Of a stretch of 64,000 nucleotides of DNA, positions 1 to 14,430 are shown one piece after another. Numbering within the stretch: the first letter of the stretch is position 1; the number at the start of each line of letters is the position of its first letter. The stretch lies in the NCBI RefSeq assembly GCF_009914755.1, contig NC_060929.1; one strand, 5' to 3'. Both the position numbers and the translations under genes were made by a program. Below the pieces are notes generated by a model. It was given only the letters and a program-made list of their open reading frames with translations. It made no database searches and was not told where the DNA came from. The stretch is from the human T2T-CHM13v2.0 reference genome, Homo sapiens.

Positions 1-237
<237 letters not shown>

Positions 238-2539
238 TAAGTTAAATATTTTATGGTACATTTACACAATAAAATACAAATTAGCTACTTAAAAATAATG
301 AGATCTATATGTGATGGTATGAATGGACAGAGGCAATGTGTTATACAGAAAGGGTTTAACAATGTATGCTCCTATTGGAATGATAGTATGTTACTATTGC
401 TGTTAGGAAGGAGTACATATATGCAGAGAGAATCTCTTAAAGGGTACACAAGGATTTGTTAATGGTTGCTTCATGGAACTGGAACTGCAAACTTGGAAGA
501 GGAAGATAGCTTAGTTTTCACTGAATAATTGTTGTACTTAAAAAAATTTGTAATTTTTAGTTTTCAGTGGACCAGATATTTTGCTTCTGGTTTATAATGT
601 CTCATCTTCAAAGTCAGCTGAGTTAGGTTTAATTAGCTCCATTTTACAGACACAGACATTGTTATTTGAAAGATTGAGTAACTAGTCTAAGGTTACACAG
701 CTGGTGTCCTCGTTGCCTGTTCAGTAGAAAGGTTTACATAAACAGCAAGGTGTGCTGTTCTCAATAGACTCACTTATGTTCATGATTTGGTACTTGCTCA
801 AGCTGGAATCAATTTTTAGAAAAAATAAAATCTTTTGCAAAGATTTTTACCTCAAAAATAGAAAAAAAGGGCATTCCTGCCTTACCTTCTACAAGGGTCT
901 TCTCTGAAATTCCAAGCATCAGGGTGTTATAACAGACTCTAAAAAGGGTTTCCTTTTTTCTTTCCTTTAACATTGCTTATTGCACAGCATGTTGAGACAG
1001 AGAAGATGGTAAGTGAAATAAAACAAAGGAAATAAAAAGTATCATCACTGGGTTTCAGAATCAGCATGGTTTATGCTAAGGGAAAGACTTGGAAACCTTG
1101 ATTCAACATATAATTCTAAAAAGAGACAGGAAGAAATCCCACCTTGTTTCCTCTGATTCTACCTTTGGGATGGGTAGGTATGTTATACAATAAGAATAAC
1201 ATTAAGATGACTGCTATAAAAATAGTGGTTAAGAGCCTGGGTCCAGAATGAGAAAGGTGGATATTGAATTTACCTGAGTGCAACTAGGCAGACTCAAGTG
1301 AGTTGATTTTACCCACTCCTCCACTCAAATACTGGGTATGGCTTTGCAAAAACATTCAACCAGTTATCCACATAGTTGGTCTTAACTTTCCATGTGACTA
1401 TAATGAATATAAACTTGCTAATGAGCAGAGTGTGATTTTAGTGTTTAAACTATTTTTTCCCGAATAATAGTTCCTAGATGCAGTTAATGAGCCTTATTGG
1501 GTACCCACACAAAGGAGATAGAATTGTCTGTTGGACTTTTTGAAAAACTTTCTTGGTTTTAAAAAAGGTACATTTCTAAAGGATTTTTATGTGTAGTTTT
1601 GACTAAACAAGTCTTTGCCTTACTTTCTGTTTTTAAAATCTAACCTCAACATTAATATGTCACTATACTGGTTATAACCATAACAAATTATTTCATCTCT
1701 CTGAGCCTGAGTACCCTCAACTGTATACACTATAAGGATGTGAAGATAGAAAGTGACATAAAAATGAAACATGTACTGACCACCCTCATAAACAGATCCC
1801 TCATACATATAGAATGTCTGTGCCTGGTTGATTAGTGAAGGAATGTGTACTCACCCAAAAGAAAAACTCTGAAATAAGTACTTTTAGATATTTACTTTTT
1901 CAATATTCCAAGTAATTATCACAACATTAAGGTGCATTCAGCTTTGTGTGTTAACGTGGTATACCTCCAGGCAACTTTTAGGATACTGTACAGATACAAT
2001 GGCTGTGAAGGCTGGGATGAAAAGACCTGTGCGAAGCAGGACTGAGGCACTTAAGGAAGGCCTCAGAGTTACATCTCCTTTGCCTGTTTTCTTGCAGGCC
2101 ACATACCCTAGCCCAGCCCTGTCAGCATGAGTGAGAACCAGGCTCTGCCTTTGCCCACACTAAACCACTACCTTCAAGGCCCCACAAAGACCCAGTGTCT
2201 CCAGACGGTCTTTCTGTCTTCTTAACACTCAGAGCTCCATGAACCAGAATGAAAGTTTTGGAACATGATCCAAGTAAAAGACTCAAGAAGTAAACACCAC
2301 TAAGGTTAACTTTGCTTTAGAGGTTAGAGAAAACAATGCAAGGACACCACACCAGAGACTATGAAAACCCCAAATGTATTGAAATGATGCTGATTCCATT
2401 TACCTCCATATTGCCTGATAATACCCAGGTGCTACCATGGCAGCTTAAGGTGGTATTTGCTGGGAGCTATGATACTCTTTAAGAAGTAATAGCACTACTA
2501 GTAAAAGCAGTTAGTTCCAGGCAATATTCTATGCACATG

Positions 2540-2710
2540 ACCCATTTCATCTTCTTATAAACCTCATGAAGTATATATTATTTTCATCCTCATTTTATAG
2601 ATGCAGAAAGGGAAGCATAGACGTAAATTTCCAAGATTACACAGCTATTTATTGTTGGAACTGAGATTTGAATTCAGGTTGTCTGTCTTCAGGGACTGTG
2701 CTCTTAATCT
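2540..2710 (-). mobile_element. MIR SINE fragment
   Basis: cctcattttatagatgcagaaa ... ccaagattacacagcta ... ctgagatttgaattcagg resembles the MIR core. Confidence 0.65.
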
Positions 2711-2890
2711 CAGTGGTCATCAAACTTTTCTGTAAAGAGCCATCCAGTAAATATTGTGGGTTTATATACATTCTCTATTGCATATCCATTGGTTTTCAAA
2801 AATAATCCTATACAAATTCAAAAACCATTCTTAGCTCATAGACTACACAAAAACAGATTGCAAGTCCAGTTTGGCATTTACTGTTCCTAT
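2711..2890 (+). mobile_element. hAT-Charlie MITE (MER58-like)
   Basis: Starts cagtggtcatcaaacttttctgtaaagagc ... agtaaatatt, similar to the MER58 terminus. Confidence 0.6.
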
Positions 2891-3157
2891 TGATCAAGGG
2901 TTTAAGAACATAGTGAGTACACTATTCCACATTCCCCTTAGGCAAATCCTGTATGTTTATAGTACTGTTAGATTTCTGTTGACAAAATAATCCACAATTC
3001 TGACTTCATCTCTCTCTCTCTCTCTCTTTCTGATTTTGTTTGAATTTATGAGGTTTAGTTGCATTTTCAAGTTAGTCTTCCTGCTAACTAGTGATTCTTT
3101 TGTTGAACATTTAAAAAGGGACTGTCAGGATTGAATAAGAGAACCTCTTCCAGTCAC

Positions 3158-3448
3158 TTTTTTTTTTTTGAGAAAGGATCTCACCCTGTTGCCCAGGCTG
3201 GTGTGCAGTGGTGCAATCACAGATAACTGCAGCCTCAACCTCTTAGGTTCAAGTTCCCCCTGCCTCAATTTCTGAGTAGCTGGGACTACAGATGTGCACC
3301 ACCATGCCTAGCAAATTTTTAATTTTTTGTAGAGATGGGGCCTCACTACATTACCCAAGCTAGTCTTGAACTCCTGGGCTCAAGCAATGCTCCTGCCTCG
3401 GCCTCCCAAAGTGCTGGGATTACAGGTGTGAGTGACTGCATCCAGCCT
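3158..3448 (-). mobile_element. Alu (AluJ-like)
   Basis: Poly-T followed by a full reverse Alu body. Degenerate TSD ctctt(cc/at)agtcactttt on both sides. Confidence 0.93.
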
Positions 3449-5871
3449 CTTATAGTCACTTTTAATCTATCATTGGCTTTCCCATTAGATTGTACTGTTA
3501 TACAAGGAAGTGACTTCAGACAGTATGGCACTAGACTAGAGGCTGTGTTTTTCTTTAATAAAGGCATAAATGAGATGAATTGCTCTAAGGCTTTAGGCTT
3601 GTCCCTTTTCTGAGAAGTGACCTTTGGGAGGTCACATTTAGTTAAAGCAGTTTTGCTAGTATAAATTTACCAGGATCCTGACATGTAATCCTGTATCATT
3701 TTCAGTAAGGTTAAAATGGTATATGAAAGGAGGTGGTTCACAAAATGGATTAATATCAACATGGAACTTCATGCTTTCTAGGTACCTGCTGCATCCTTGG
3801 AGATTCAAAATGTCATCATGGCATTCTAGGCTAGACTGGCAGTGGAGAAATCACTGTGAGTTATTGGATTTGCTCAAGATAAAATCTTGAATTTGCAAAT
3901 AAATCCTGGTCAGCTTTTTTTAACACTCTTGTGGTAAATAATACACAACTCAGATTCATGTAATGGGTGTAAGAAAATCATTGCTTTGGTTATTTCAGTA
4001 TGAAACTCAAGAGAAAACTTACTGAAGTGTTTTTAAAATTATTCTGACCACAACCCAAGGTAAAACATAAGCCAAAAAACATATCATGACATAGTAAATG
4101 AAGCCAGGATTGTATATATATGTCTACTCAAGTATATGAAATGGAAACAACAGTTTCAGAGGCAGTACTATGCTTACTACATTTGAGGCATTTCTGGTAT
4201 TTTCTATTCTATTTAATTAAATTTTTAGTACTTCTTATTTTAGCTACATTTATTTCATAACTCATTAATGGGTTTTGACTCACAGCTCAAAAACACTGCC
4301 TTAGAGAATCCAAATGTTCACACTATCCATATTTATAAGAAGTAATTGTTCTGGGGTTCTTGTGTATTCTTATAGCTTAGTTTGATTTATTTGCTAAGAC
4401 CTGGCTAAGTGAGAACTGCAAAGAGTTATGCCTTCAACTACCTAAGCCAGGAATTTTCTGAGGTGGCAGGGGAACCAGGGTGAGCAGAAGGACATATCAT
4501 CCCCACCCTCATTAAGCTTATGCTATAGTGGATGAAATAAACTCAGAAGTCAAGGAGTTTCAGAAGAGAAGTCATTCCCTTGAGTAACTATGTTAAGTAC
4601 GTAAACAGCTTTAGTAGTGCTTTCTTAGTACAAGGTGTTTTCTTCTGATCTAGGAGAGTCAGTCCAATTTTTTTCTTTTGAGAAAATGGAGGCTCAAAGA
4701 GTCTGTCATTTATCTCCAGTCTCTTCATTATTTTGAGTCCAAGTACAGGATTATTTGTAATATACATGCTGCCTCACATGACTAAGTGGGTTTTGTGATA
4801 GAAAGGGAATTTGGAGTTGAGAAGAGAAAGTGATGATTAAGTCACATCATTAAAATGTTTGACTCTCAGATATCTTGGAAAGACTTTGAAGGCACTCTAG
4901 CCAAACTTTTTCCTTCAGAAGGAGCTTATCTAATTATTCTAGATAATAGAGAAAAACTAGGTCTTTTAAAGAGACAAATTATATACCATTTAGTGTTTCA
5001 CAATATTTTCTGAATAAACTTAAAATCCCTTATTTGGAATTTAACTCATCTAAATCCTTATTTCAAAAACCAGGAAACAGAGTCAAACATTTTCTCAGTT
5101 ATCAAGGCAGTAAACCAAAGATTGTCACCTGCACAGGAGAATCTATGATTTGTTCTTCTCATCATTATACATTTCACGAGCATTGACTCAAAAAACCATG
5201 CTACCTATAAACTAATCAACAATTGCTTCTTCTAGGGACTGAAATTTTAAAATTTCAGACGTGGAGGATCGACTCTACTTCAAAGCAAAATTCAGTGGAC
5301 TTCTGCACACATATCCATTCTAATCTGTTACAAGTCTGCACTTTGGAGATTAGTTCATGCTACACACTTAGAGGTGTAATATTTTCCTACTTGGGAAAAT
5401 TGAAATTACTTAGATACAAAAGAGTGGTTGTAGTAAGAAAATAGGCAAGGAGAACATTTTAAAGTGCTGATCCTCGGTAAAGCCATACATAGGATGCACC
5501 TGGGAGCAGATCTTTCTGAAGTCATTCTGTGCTCAGAGATGTTTCTCCTTACCTTGCTGCCTATGTCAAATTCTCTGTGATATGTTCTTAGAGCCCCATG
5601 ACCTCTCTTCTTAACTTGCAGTGGGAGCTTGAATTTTCCATTTATTTTTGTGACCATTTAGTCTATAAGAGTCTCCGTCTTTACAGGGCCCTCACTTGAC
5701 TACAGACTCCATAAAGGCAGAGATTCTATGTTTACTCTATTATTACTGTATTCCCAGCACTAAGCACTAGGATTAATACATAGTAAGTGTTCAACAGATG
5801 TTTACTGGATGATTAGATTGGCATTTTAAGGTAGTCTGAGATCATGTTTTAGACAAGATACTTCAGTTTAG

Positions 5872-6015
<144 letters not shown>

Positions 6016-7070
6016 TGAAATGATTAACCACCAGCAGGGTTATGTAGCCCAGGGAACAGAGGGTCCAGAAATGTTCACATTATTGAGTTGCTGGGACCGC
6101 AAGGAAAGATAATTAAGTGAAAATGTTTTTGTAATGGATTTTTATAAAATTGTCACCACAGTTTAAGAAAAGCGTGTGACAGGCAGCTACATAATGAACA
6201 TATACTGTTGTCAGAATAATCTCATTAAACTCAAATCTGTTTACTCTCAGTAAACTTTAAGGCTTTTCTCTCTACCCTAAAGGAGATGAAGATTTCAGAA
6301 TCATTTTCAGATTCTACCAGCTGTATGCCCAGTAATAGTTATCTTGTTTATGGAAGAGTTACTTATTTTCATGTGGGAAAGAAGTCACCCGATTTCTATT
6401 TGTTTCCTCATTTGTCTAATGTTTTTATCTTAAGAAAAATACATATTCAGTTTAATTTTTTTTGCAAGAAACTTCTGTATTCAAACCCTGATTACTAGTT
6501 TCTCAATGGAGACATACTTTAAGAGAATAATATTTCATATAAAACTTGCATTTTAAAATCATTTTCTGTTTACTTTTTCAGGCATTATACAGACCTCTAA
6601 AGAAATTTCAAAAACATGGACATCATATTTAGTGTTTTTCCAGTCCTTAAAGTCCTTTTTGGTTATATCATGTATGGTTGTAAACAGAAATTCTTTGCAC
6701 AGTATTATTCAGCTTGACAGTTCAGTCATGTCTATTTCAGTCACTCAAAGCAGGATTAAGGATGTTACTTGTTATTGGAATATTCCTGACATGGAGGCAG
6801 CTATTTTCACCAAAATGCTGTCTTAAAAGCCCAAAAAGCAATACCAGGCAAAATTGTTTGAGAAAAAAGAGATCCAAGAATTGAACTGGTGCATAGAAAA
6901 GAAAATGAAATTTTTAATCTAAAATCAGAGCTAAGTGGGAGCTTTTAACATCATATAATTTGCAAATGTTAAGGATCCAAGCCACAGCAAAGAACATGTC
7001 TTGTTCTGTCTCTCATCACCATGATCCATTATCTCCCTAATCACTCTCTCACTCGGGTTTTCACCATTAG

Positions 7071-7223
<153 letters not shown>

Positions 7224-7260
7224 TGAGTAATTTTACTGGACCTCTGAATAGAGACACTCC

Positions 7261-10200
7261 TGTTATCGGTGGGCGAGGGGAGGTCCCCAAATGCCTCTGG
7301 GACCTCAGCCCTGGCTGGTATCCAGGCTCTTGACACAATTGCAAGAAAGAGTTCAAGGATGAGTTGGAAAACAGTGAAAGTACAGAGATTTATTGCAAAG
7401 TGGAAAAGTACACACTCAAGAGAGGGGAGCATGGGTGAACTCCAGCGAATGTCATGTAAGGGGGGGTTTGAGGCTGCTGCCATAATGGGTTTCTTTAACC
7501 AAGGGGTGAAACATTCATGATGATTCCTGAAAAAAGATGGAGATTTCTTGGAACTGTGGTGCCAGCTATTTTTACACCAAATATGAATGTTCCTGGAACT
7601 GTCATGGTGCTGGTGGGTGTATGATTTAGTATGTTAATGAGTGTATGATGAGGTCCTAGGTGAAACCTAGGTCAAATCCAGCACAATGGAGAGGACCCAC
7701 AGACTCTCTGAAGGAAACGACTGCTCCTGCAGGACCCAGGCAACTCCCCCAAAACTGTGAGTACCCCAACTGTGGAGGTGGGAAAGAGAGACCCTCCTCT
7801 CCCAAACACACACCCCCACTGGAGAAGCTGAAGGTCTGTTTGCTGGAGAAGTTTCTGACTTTACCTGGAGCTGAGTGGACTTGAAGAGCCCAGTGAAATA
7901 CACGGGGAGAAGAAGCAGCAGAAAGGCCCTGGGAGCTTGCTGGGTCCACAAGCAGGCCATTCCTGCCTGGCACCACAGGGATCCAATGGGAGAGGAGCGG
8001 GGGTAAAATTCCATAGGGAGAAGCAAATCTCTAGCTGAACTTGGTGACAATTTGAACAGGGTGAGAAAGCGCCTGGCCAGAACTCAGGAGAGGGCACAAA
8101 TCCAGTGTGCAGACTCCGGGGGCAGGGGATAAACCAAGCCCTTTTATTTCCCAGCTGGGAGCGGGGAGCCTGGGGCAGGTTTTCAAGCAGGTATTGCTTC
8201 TCTACTTAGAAACAACCTGGGAGCTGTGTTGGCGGGGGAGGGGGGTTGGGGATGGGGGAGGGGGGTGGTGGAAAGCACGGTGGGAGTGAGACCGGCCCTT
8301 CGGTTTTCATGGGAGCTGGGTGAGGCCTGTGACTGCCAGCTTTTCCCCACTTCCTGACAATCTGCATGTTTCTGCAGAGACAGCCATAATCCTCCTAGGT
8401 ACACAACTCCAGTGACCTGGGAATCCCACCCCCATTCCCCACAGCAGCAGCAGCAGCAAGGCCCACCCAAAGGAGTCTGAGCTCAGAGACACCTAGCCCT
8501 GCCCCCACCTGATGGTCCTTCCTACTCACTCTGGTATCGGAAAACAAAGGGCATATAATCTTGGGAGTTCTAGGGCCCTGCCCACTGCCAGTTTCTCCCC
8601 ATAATACCAAAGCTGATGCTCTCTGGAAAAGCACCACCTCCTGGCAGGAGGACAACAGCACAAAAATAGAATATTAACCAAAGCTAAGAACCCTTACAGA
8701 GTCCATTGTACTCCCTGCCACCTCCACCAGAATAGGCACTGGTATCCACAGCTGAGAGACTCATAGATGGTTCACATCACAGGACTCTGTGCAGACGACT
8801 TCCAGTACCAGCCTGGAGCTGGGTAGGCTAGCTGGGTGGCTAGACCCAGAATAGAGATAACAATCACTGCAGTTCAGCTCACAAGAAACCATATCCATAG
8901 GAAAGGAGGAGAGTACTACATCAAAGGAACACCCAGTGGGACGAAAGAGTCTGAACAAGACTTTCCCTCTGAAAGAGCCTACCCAAGTGAGAAGGAACCA
9001 GTAATATGACAAAACAAGGCTCTTGATGCCCCCCAAAAATCACACTAGTTCACCAGCAATGGATCCAAACCAAGAAGAAATCCCTGATTTACCTGAAAAA
9101 GAATTCAGGAGGTTAGCTATTAAGCTAATCAGGGAGGAACCAGAGAAAGGTGAAGCTCAGTGCAAGGGAATCCAAAATATGATACAAGAAGTGAAGGGAG
9201 AAATATTCAAGCAAATAGATAGCTTAAAGAAAAAACAATACAAAATTCAGGAAACTTTAGACACACTTTAAAAATTGCAAAATGCTCTAGAAAGTGTCAG
9301 CAATAGAATTGAACAAGTAGAAGAAAGAAATTCAGAGCTCGAAGACAAAGTCTTCAAATTAACCCAATCAAACAAAGACAAAGCAAAAAGAATAAGAAAA
9401 TATAAACAAAACTCCCAAGAAGTCTGATATTATGTTAAATGACCAAACCTAAGAATAATGGGTGTCCCTGAGGAAGAAGAGAATTTTAAAAGCTTGGAAA
9501 ACATATCTGAGGGAATAATTGAGGAAAACTTCCCCGGCCTTGCTAGAAATCTAGACATCCAAATACAAGAAGCACAAAAAACACCTGGGTAATTCATCGC
9601 AAAAAGATATTTGCTTAGGCACACTGTCATCAGATTATCCAAAGTTAAGATGAAGGAAAGAATCTTAAGAGATATGAGACAGAAGCACCAGGAAACCTAC
9701 AAAGGAAAACCTATTAGATTAACAGCAGATTTCTCAGCAGAAACCCTACAAGCTAGAAGGGATTGGAGCCCTATCTCTGGCCTCCTCAAAACAATTATTA
9801 GCCAAGAATTTTGTATCCAGTGAAACTAAGCATCATATATGAAGGAAAGATACAGTCATTTTCAGACAAACAAATGCTGAGAGAAATTGCCATTACCAAG
9901 TCACCACTACAAGAACCGCTAAAAGGAGCTCTAAATCTTAAAACAAATCCTGGAAACACATCAAAATGGAACCTCTTTAAAGCATAAATCACAGAGGATC
10001 TACAAAATAAAAATACAAGTTAAAAAGCAAAAACAAAACCAAAAAAATCTGCAGGACCCAGGAGACCACCCCCAAAAAAATGTGAGTGCTCCAACTGTGG
10101 AAGTAGGAAAGGAAGAGCATCCTTTCCTGAACACACACCCCCACTGGAGAAGCTGAAGGTCTGTTTGTGGGAGAACAGCTTTAGCTCTTTTTTGGTTTTT

Positions 10201-13200
10201 TGGAAAAAAACCCAAAGTACACAGGCAACAAAGAGCATGATGAATGCAACGGTACCTCACATTTCAATACTAACATTGAATGTAAATGGCCTAAATGCTC
10301 CACTTAAAAGATACAGAATCACAGAATGGATAAGAACTCACCAACCTACTATGTGCTGCCTTCAGGAGACTCACCTAGTACATAAGTACTCACATAAACA
10401 TAAAGTAAAGGTGTGGGGAAAGGAATTTCATGCAAATGGACACCAAAAGCCAGGAGGGGTAGCTATTCTTATATCAGACAAAACAAACTTTAAAGTAACA
10501 GCAGTTAAAAGAGAGACAAAGAGGGACATTATATAATGGTAAAAGGCCTTGTTCAACAGGAAAATGTCACAATCCTAAACATATAAGCACCTAACACTGG
10601 AGCTCCCAAATTTATAAAACAATTACTAATTGACCTAAGAAATGAGACAGACAGCAACACAATAATAGTGAAGGATTTTAATACTCCACTGACAGCACTA
10701 GACAGGTCATCAAGAGAGAAAGTCAACAAAGAAACAATGGATTTAAACTATACCTTGAAACAAATGGATTTAACAGATATATACAGAACATTTCATCCAA
10801 CAACTGCAGAATACACATTCTATTCAACAGAGCATGGAAGTTTCTCCAAGATAGACCATATGATAGGCCATAAAATGAGCCTCAATAAATTTAAGAAAAT
10901 TCATATTATATCAACATTCTCTCAGACCACAGTGGAATAAAACTGGAAATGAACTCCAAAAGGAAACTTCAAAACCATGCAAATACATGGAAATTAAATA
11001 ACCTGCTCCTGAATGGCATTGGGTCAAAAACAAAATCAAGATGAAAATTTAAAAATTCTTCAAACTGAATGACAATAATGACACAACCTATCAAAACCTC
11101 TAGGATACAGCAAAGGCGGTGCTAAAAGCAAAGTTGATAGCCCTAAACGCCCACATTGAAAAGACTGAAAGAGCACAAACTGACACTCTAAGGTCACACC
11201 TGAAGGGACTAGAGAAACAAGAATAAACCAAACCCAAACCCGGCAGAAGAAAGGAAATAACCAAGATCAAAGCAGAACTAAATGAAATTGAAACAAAAAA
11301 AAAAAAAGAAAGATAAATAAAACAAAAAGATGGTTCTTTGAAAAGATAAACAAAATTGGTAGACTATTGGCAAGATTAACCAAGAAAACAAGGGAGAAAA
11401 TCTAAATAACCTCACTAAGAAATGAAACAAGAGATATTACAACTGACACCACTGAAATACAAAAGATCATTCAAGGCTACTATGAACACCTTTATGCACA
11501 TAAACTAGAAAACCTAGAAGATATGGATAAATTCCTGGAAAAATATAACTCTCCTAGCTTAAATCAGGAAGAATTAAATACCCTGAACAGATCAATAGCA
11601 AGCAGCGAGATTGAAACGGTAATTTAAAAATTACCAAGAAAAATGCCCAGGACCAGATGGATTCACAGCAGAATTATATCAGACATTCAAAGAAGAATTG
11701 GTACCAATTCTTTTGACACTAAGGAAACCTCCCTAATTCATCCTATGAAGCCAGCATCACCCTAATACCAAAACCATGAAAGAACATAACCTAAAAAGAA
11801 AACTGCAGACCAATATCACTGATGAACACAGATGCTGAAATCCTTAACAAAATACTAGCTAACTGAATCCAACAGCATATCAAAAAGATAATCCACCATG
11901 ATCAAGTGGGTTTCATATCAGGGATGCAGGAATGGCTTAACATACACAAGTCAATAAATGTGACACACCACATAAACAGAATTTTTAAAAAAATCACATG
12001 ATCATCTCAGTAGGTGCAGAAAAAGCATTCAACAAAATCCAGCATCCTTTTATGATTAAAACCCTCAGCAAAATCAGCATACAAGGGACATAGGCCTTAA
12101 TGTAATAAAAGCCATCTATGACAAACCCACAGCCAACATAAAACCGAACACATTCCCTCTGAGAACCAGAATGAGACAAGTATGCCCACTCTCACTGCTC
12201 CTCTTCAATGTAGTACTGGAAGTCCTAGCCAGAGCAATAAGACAAGAGAAAGAAATAAAGGTCATCTAAATCAGTAAAGAGGAAGTCAAACTGTCACTGC
12301 TTGTTGGCGATATGATCGTTTAACTTGAAAACCCTAAGGACTCTTCCAGAAAGCTCCTAGAACTGATAAAAGAATTCAGCAAAGTTTCCGGATACAAGAT
12401 TAATGTACACAAATCAGTAGCTCTTCTATACACCAACAGCAACCAAGTAGAGAACCAAATCAAGAACTCAATCCCTTTTACAATAGCTGCAAAAAAAAAC
12501 AAAACAAAACAAGACAAAAAAAAAAAAAAAAAAAAAAAAACAAATACTTAGGAATATACTTAACCAAGGAGTAGAAAGACCTCTACAAGGAAAATTACAA
12601 AACACTGCTGGAAGGAATCATAGATGACACAAACAAATGGAAACATGTCCCATGCTCATGGATGAGTAAAATCAGTATTGTGAAAAATAACCATACTGCC
12701 AAAAGCAATCTATAAATTCAATGCAATTTCCATCAAAATACCACCATCATTCTTCACAGAATTAGAAAAAACAATTCTAAAATTCATATGGAACCAAAAA
12801 AGAACCTGCATAGCCAAAGCAAGACTAAGCAAAAAGATCAAATCTGGAGGCATCACACTACCTGATTTCAAATTATACCATAAGCCCACAGTCACCAAAA
12901 CAGCATGGTACTGGTACAAAAATAGGCACATAGACCAATGGAACAGAATAGAGAACACAGAAATAAACTCAAATACTTACAGCCAACTGATCTTTGATAA
13001 AGCAAATGAAAACATAAAGTGGGAAAAGGACACCCTTTTCAACAAATGGTGCTGGGATAATTGAATAGCCACAAGTAGGAGAATGAAACTGGATCGTCAT
13101 CTCTCACCTTATACAAAAATCAACTGAAGATGGATTAAGGACTTAAACCTAAGACCTGAAACTATAAAAATTCTAGAAGATAACATTGGAAAAACCCTTC

Positions 13201-14430
13201 TAGACATTGGCTTAAGCAAGGGTTTCATGACCAAGAACCCAAAAGCAAATGCAATAAAAACAAAGATAAATTGCTGGTACCTAATTAAACTAAAGAGCTT
13301 TTGCATGGCAAACGGAAGTCAGCAAACAGCCCACAGAGTGGAAGAAAATCTTCACAATCTATACATCTGACAAAGGATGAATATCCAGAATCTACAATGA
13401 ACTCAAGTAAATCAGTAAGGAAAAAACAATCCTATCAAAAAGTGGGCTAAGGACATGAATAGACAGTTCTCAAAAGAAGATATACAAATGGCCAGCAAAC
13501 ATATGAAAAAATGCTCAACATCACTAATGATCAGGGAAATGCAAATCAAAACCATAATGTGATTCCACCTTACTCCTGCAAGAATGGTTATAATAAAAAA
13601 AAAAATCAAAAAACAGCAGATGTTGGCATGGATGCAGTGAACAGGGAACACTTCTACACTGCTGGTGGGAATGTAAACTAGTACAGCCACTATTGAAAAC
13701 AGTGTGGAAATTACTTAAAGAACTAAAAGTAGAACTACCATTTGATCCAGCAATCCCTCTACTGGGTATCTACTCAGAGGAAAATAAGTCATTATTCAAA
13801 AAAGATACTTACACATGCATGTTTACAGAGCACAGAGTTGCAACCCAAATGCCCATCAATCAATGAGTGGATAAAGAAACTGTGGTATATGTATACATGA
13901 TGGAATACTATGCAGCCATAAAAAGGAATGAACTAACAGCATTTGCAGTGACCTGGATGAGATTGGAGACTATTATTCTAAGTGACGTAATTCAGGAATT
14001 GAAAACCAAACATCATATGTTCTCACTGATATGTGGAAGCTAAGCTATGAGGATGCAAAGCAATGAGAATGATACAATGGACTTTGGAGACTTAGGGGGA
14101 AGAGTGGGAGGGGGGCGAGGGATACAAGACTACAAATGTGGTGTAGTGTATACTGCTCAGGTGATGGGTGCAACAAAATCTCACAATCACCACTAAAGAA
14201 CTTACCCATGTAACCAAAACCACCTTTACCCCAATAACTTATGGAAAAATAATCCAGCACCACATTAGGTTTAGTCGGACTTAGCCAGCTTGGCTTACAC
14301 CCTGGTTTTTCAGGTTCTTATCAGTCCCAGTTTATGCAGCTGTTTCAACATTTTCCTTTTGCTAGTCATGTGAAACTGCTGTCTGGAATTTTCTTTTCTC
14401 CTGCTACCACCCTTTATTATTCTTGTCTCA
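7261..14430 (-). mobile_element. ERV1 solo LTR (MER66-like), split by an L1 into 7261-7684 and 14261-14430
   Basis: Begins TGTTATC and ends ...TGTCTCA (minus strand TGAGACAAGAATAATA...), i.e. TG...CA termini. The halves join across the L1 TSD to give about 595 bp. Subfamily is from memory. Confidence 0.75.
7685..14250 (+). mobile_element. Near-full-length, inactive LINE-1 (L1PB1-like)
   Basis: GC-rich 5'UTR, disrupted ORF1 (~9005-9990; ...EEIPDLPEKEF..., ...PIRLTADFSAETLQARRDW) and disrupted ORF2 (EN start ...ISILTLNVNGLNAPLKR at ~10260). L1PB-type 3' end. TSD aatccagcac at 7675-7684 and 14251-14260. Many stops and frameshifts. Confidence 0.95.

Noticed and set aside
9005-13840. L1 ORF1/ORF2 as functional genes
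   Set aside because: They are broken into many short ORFs by stops, frameshifts, deletions and a poly-A expansion at ~12490-12545. The element cannot retrotranspose.
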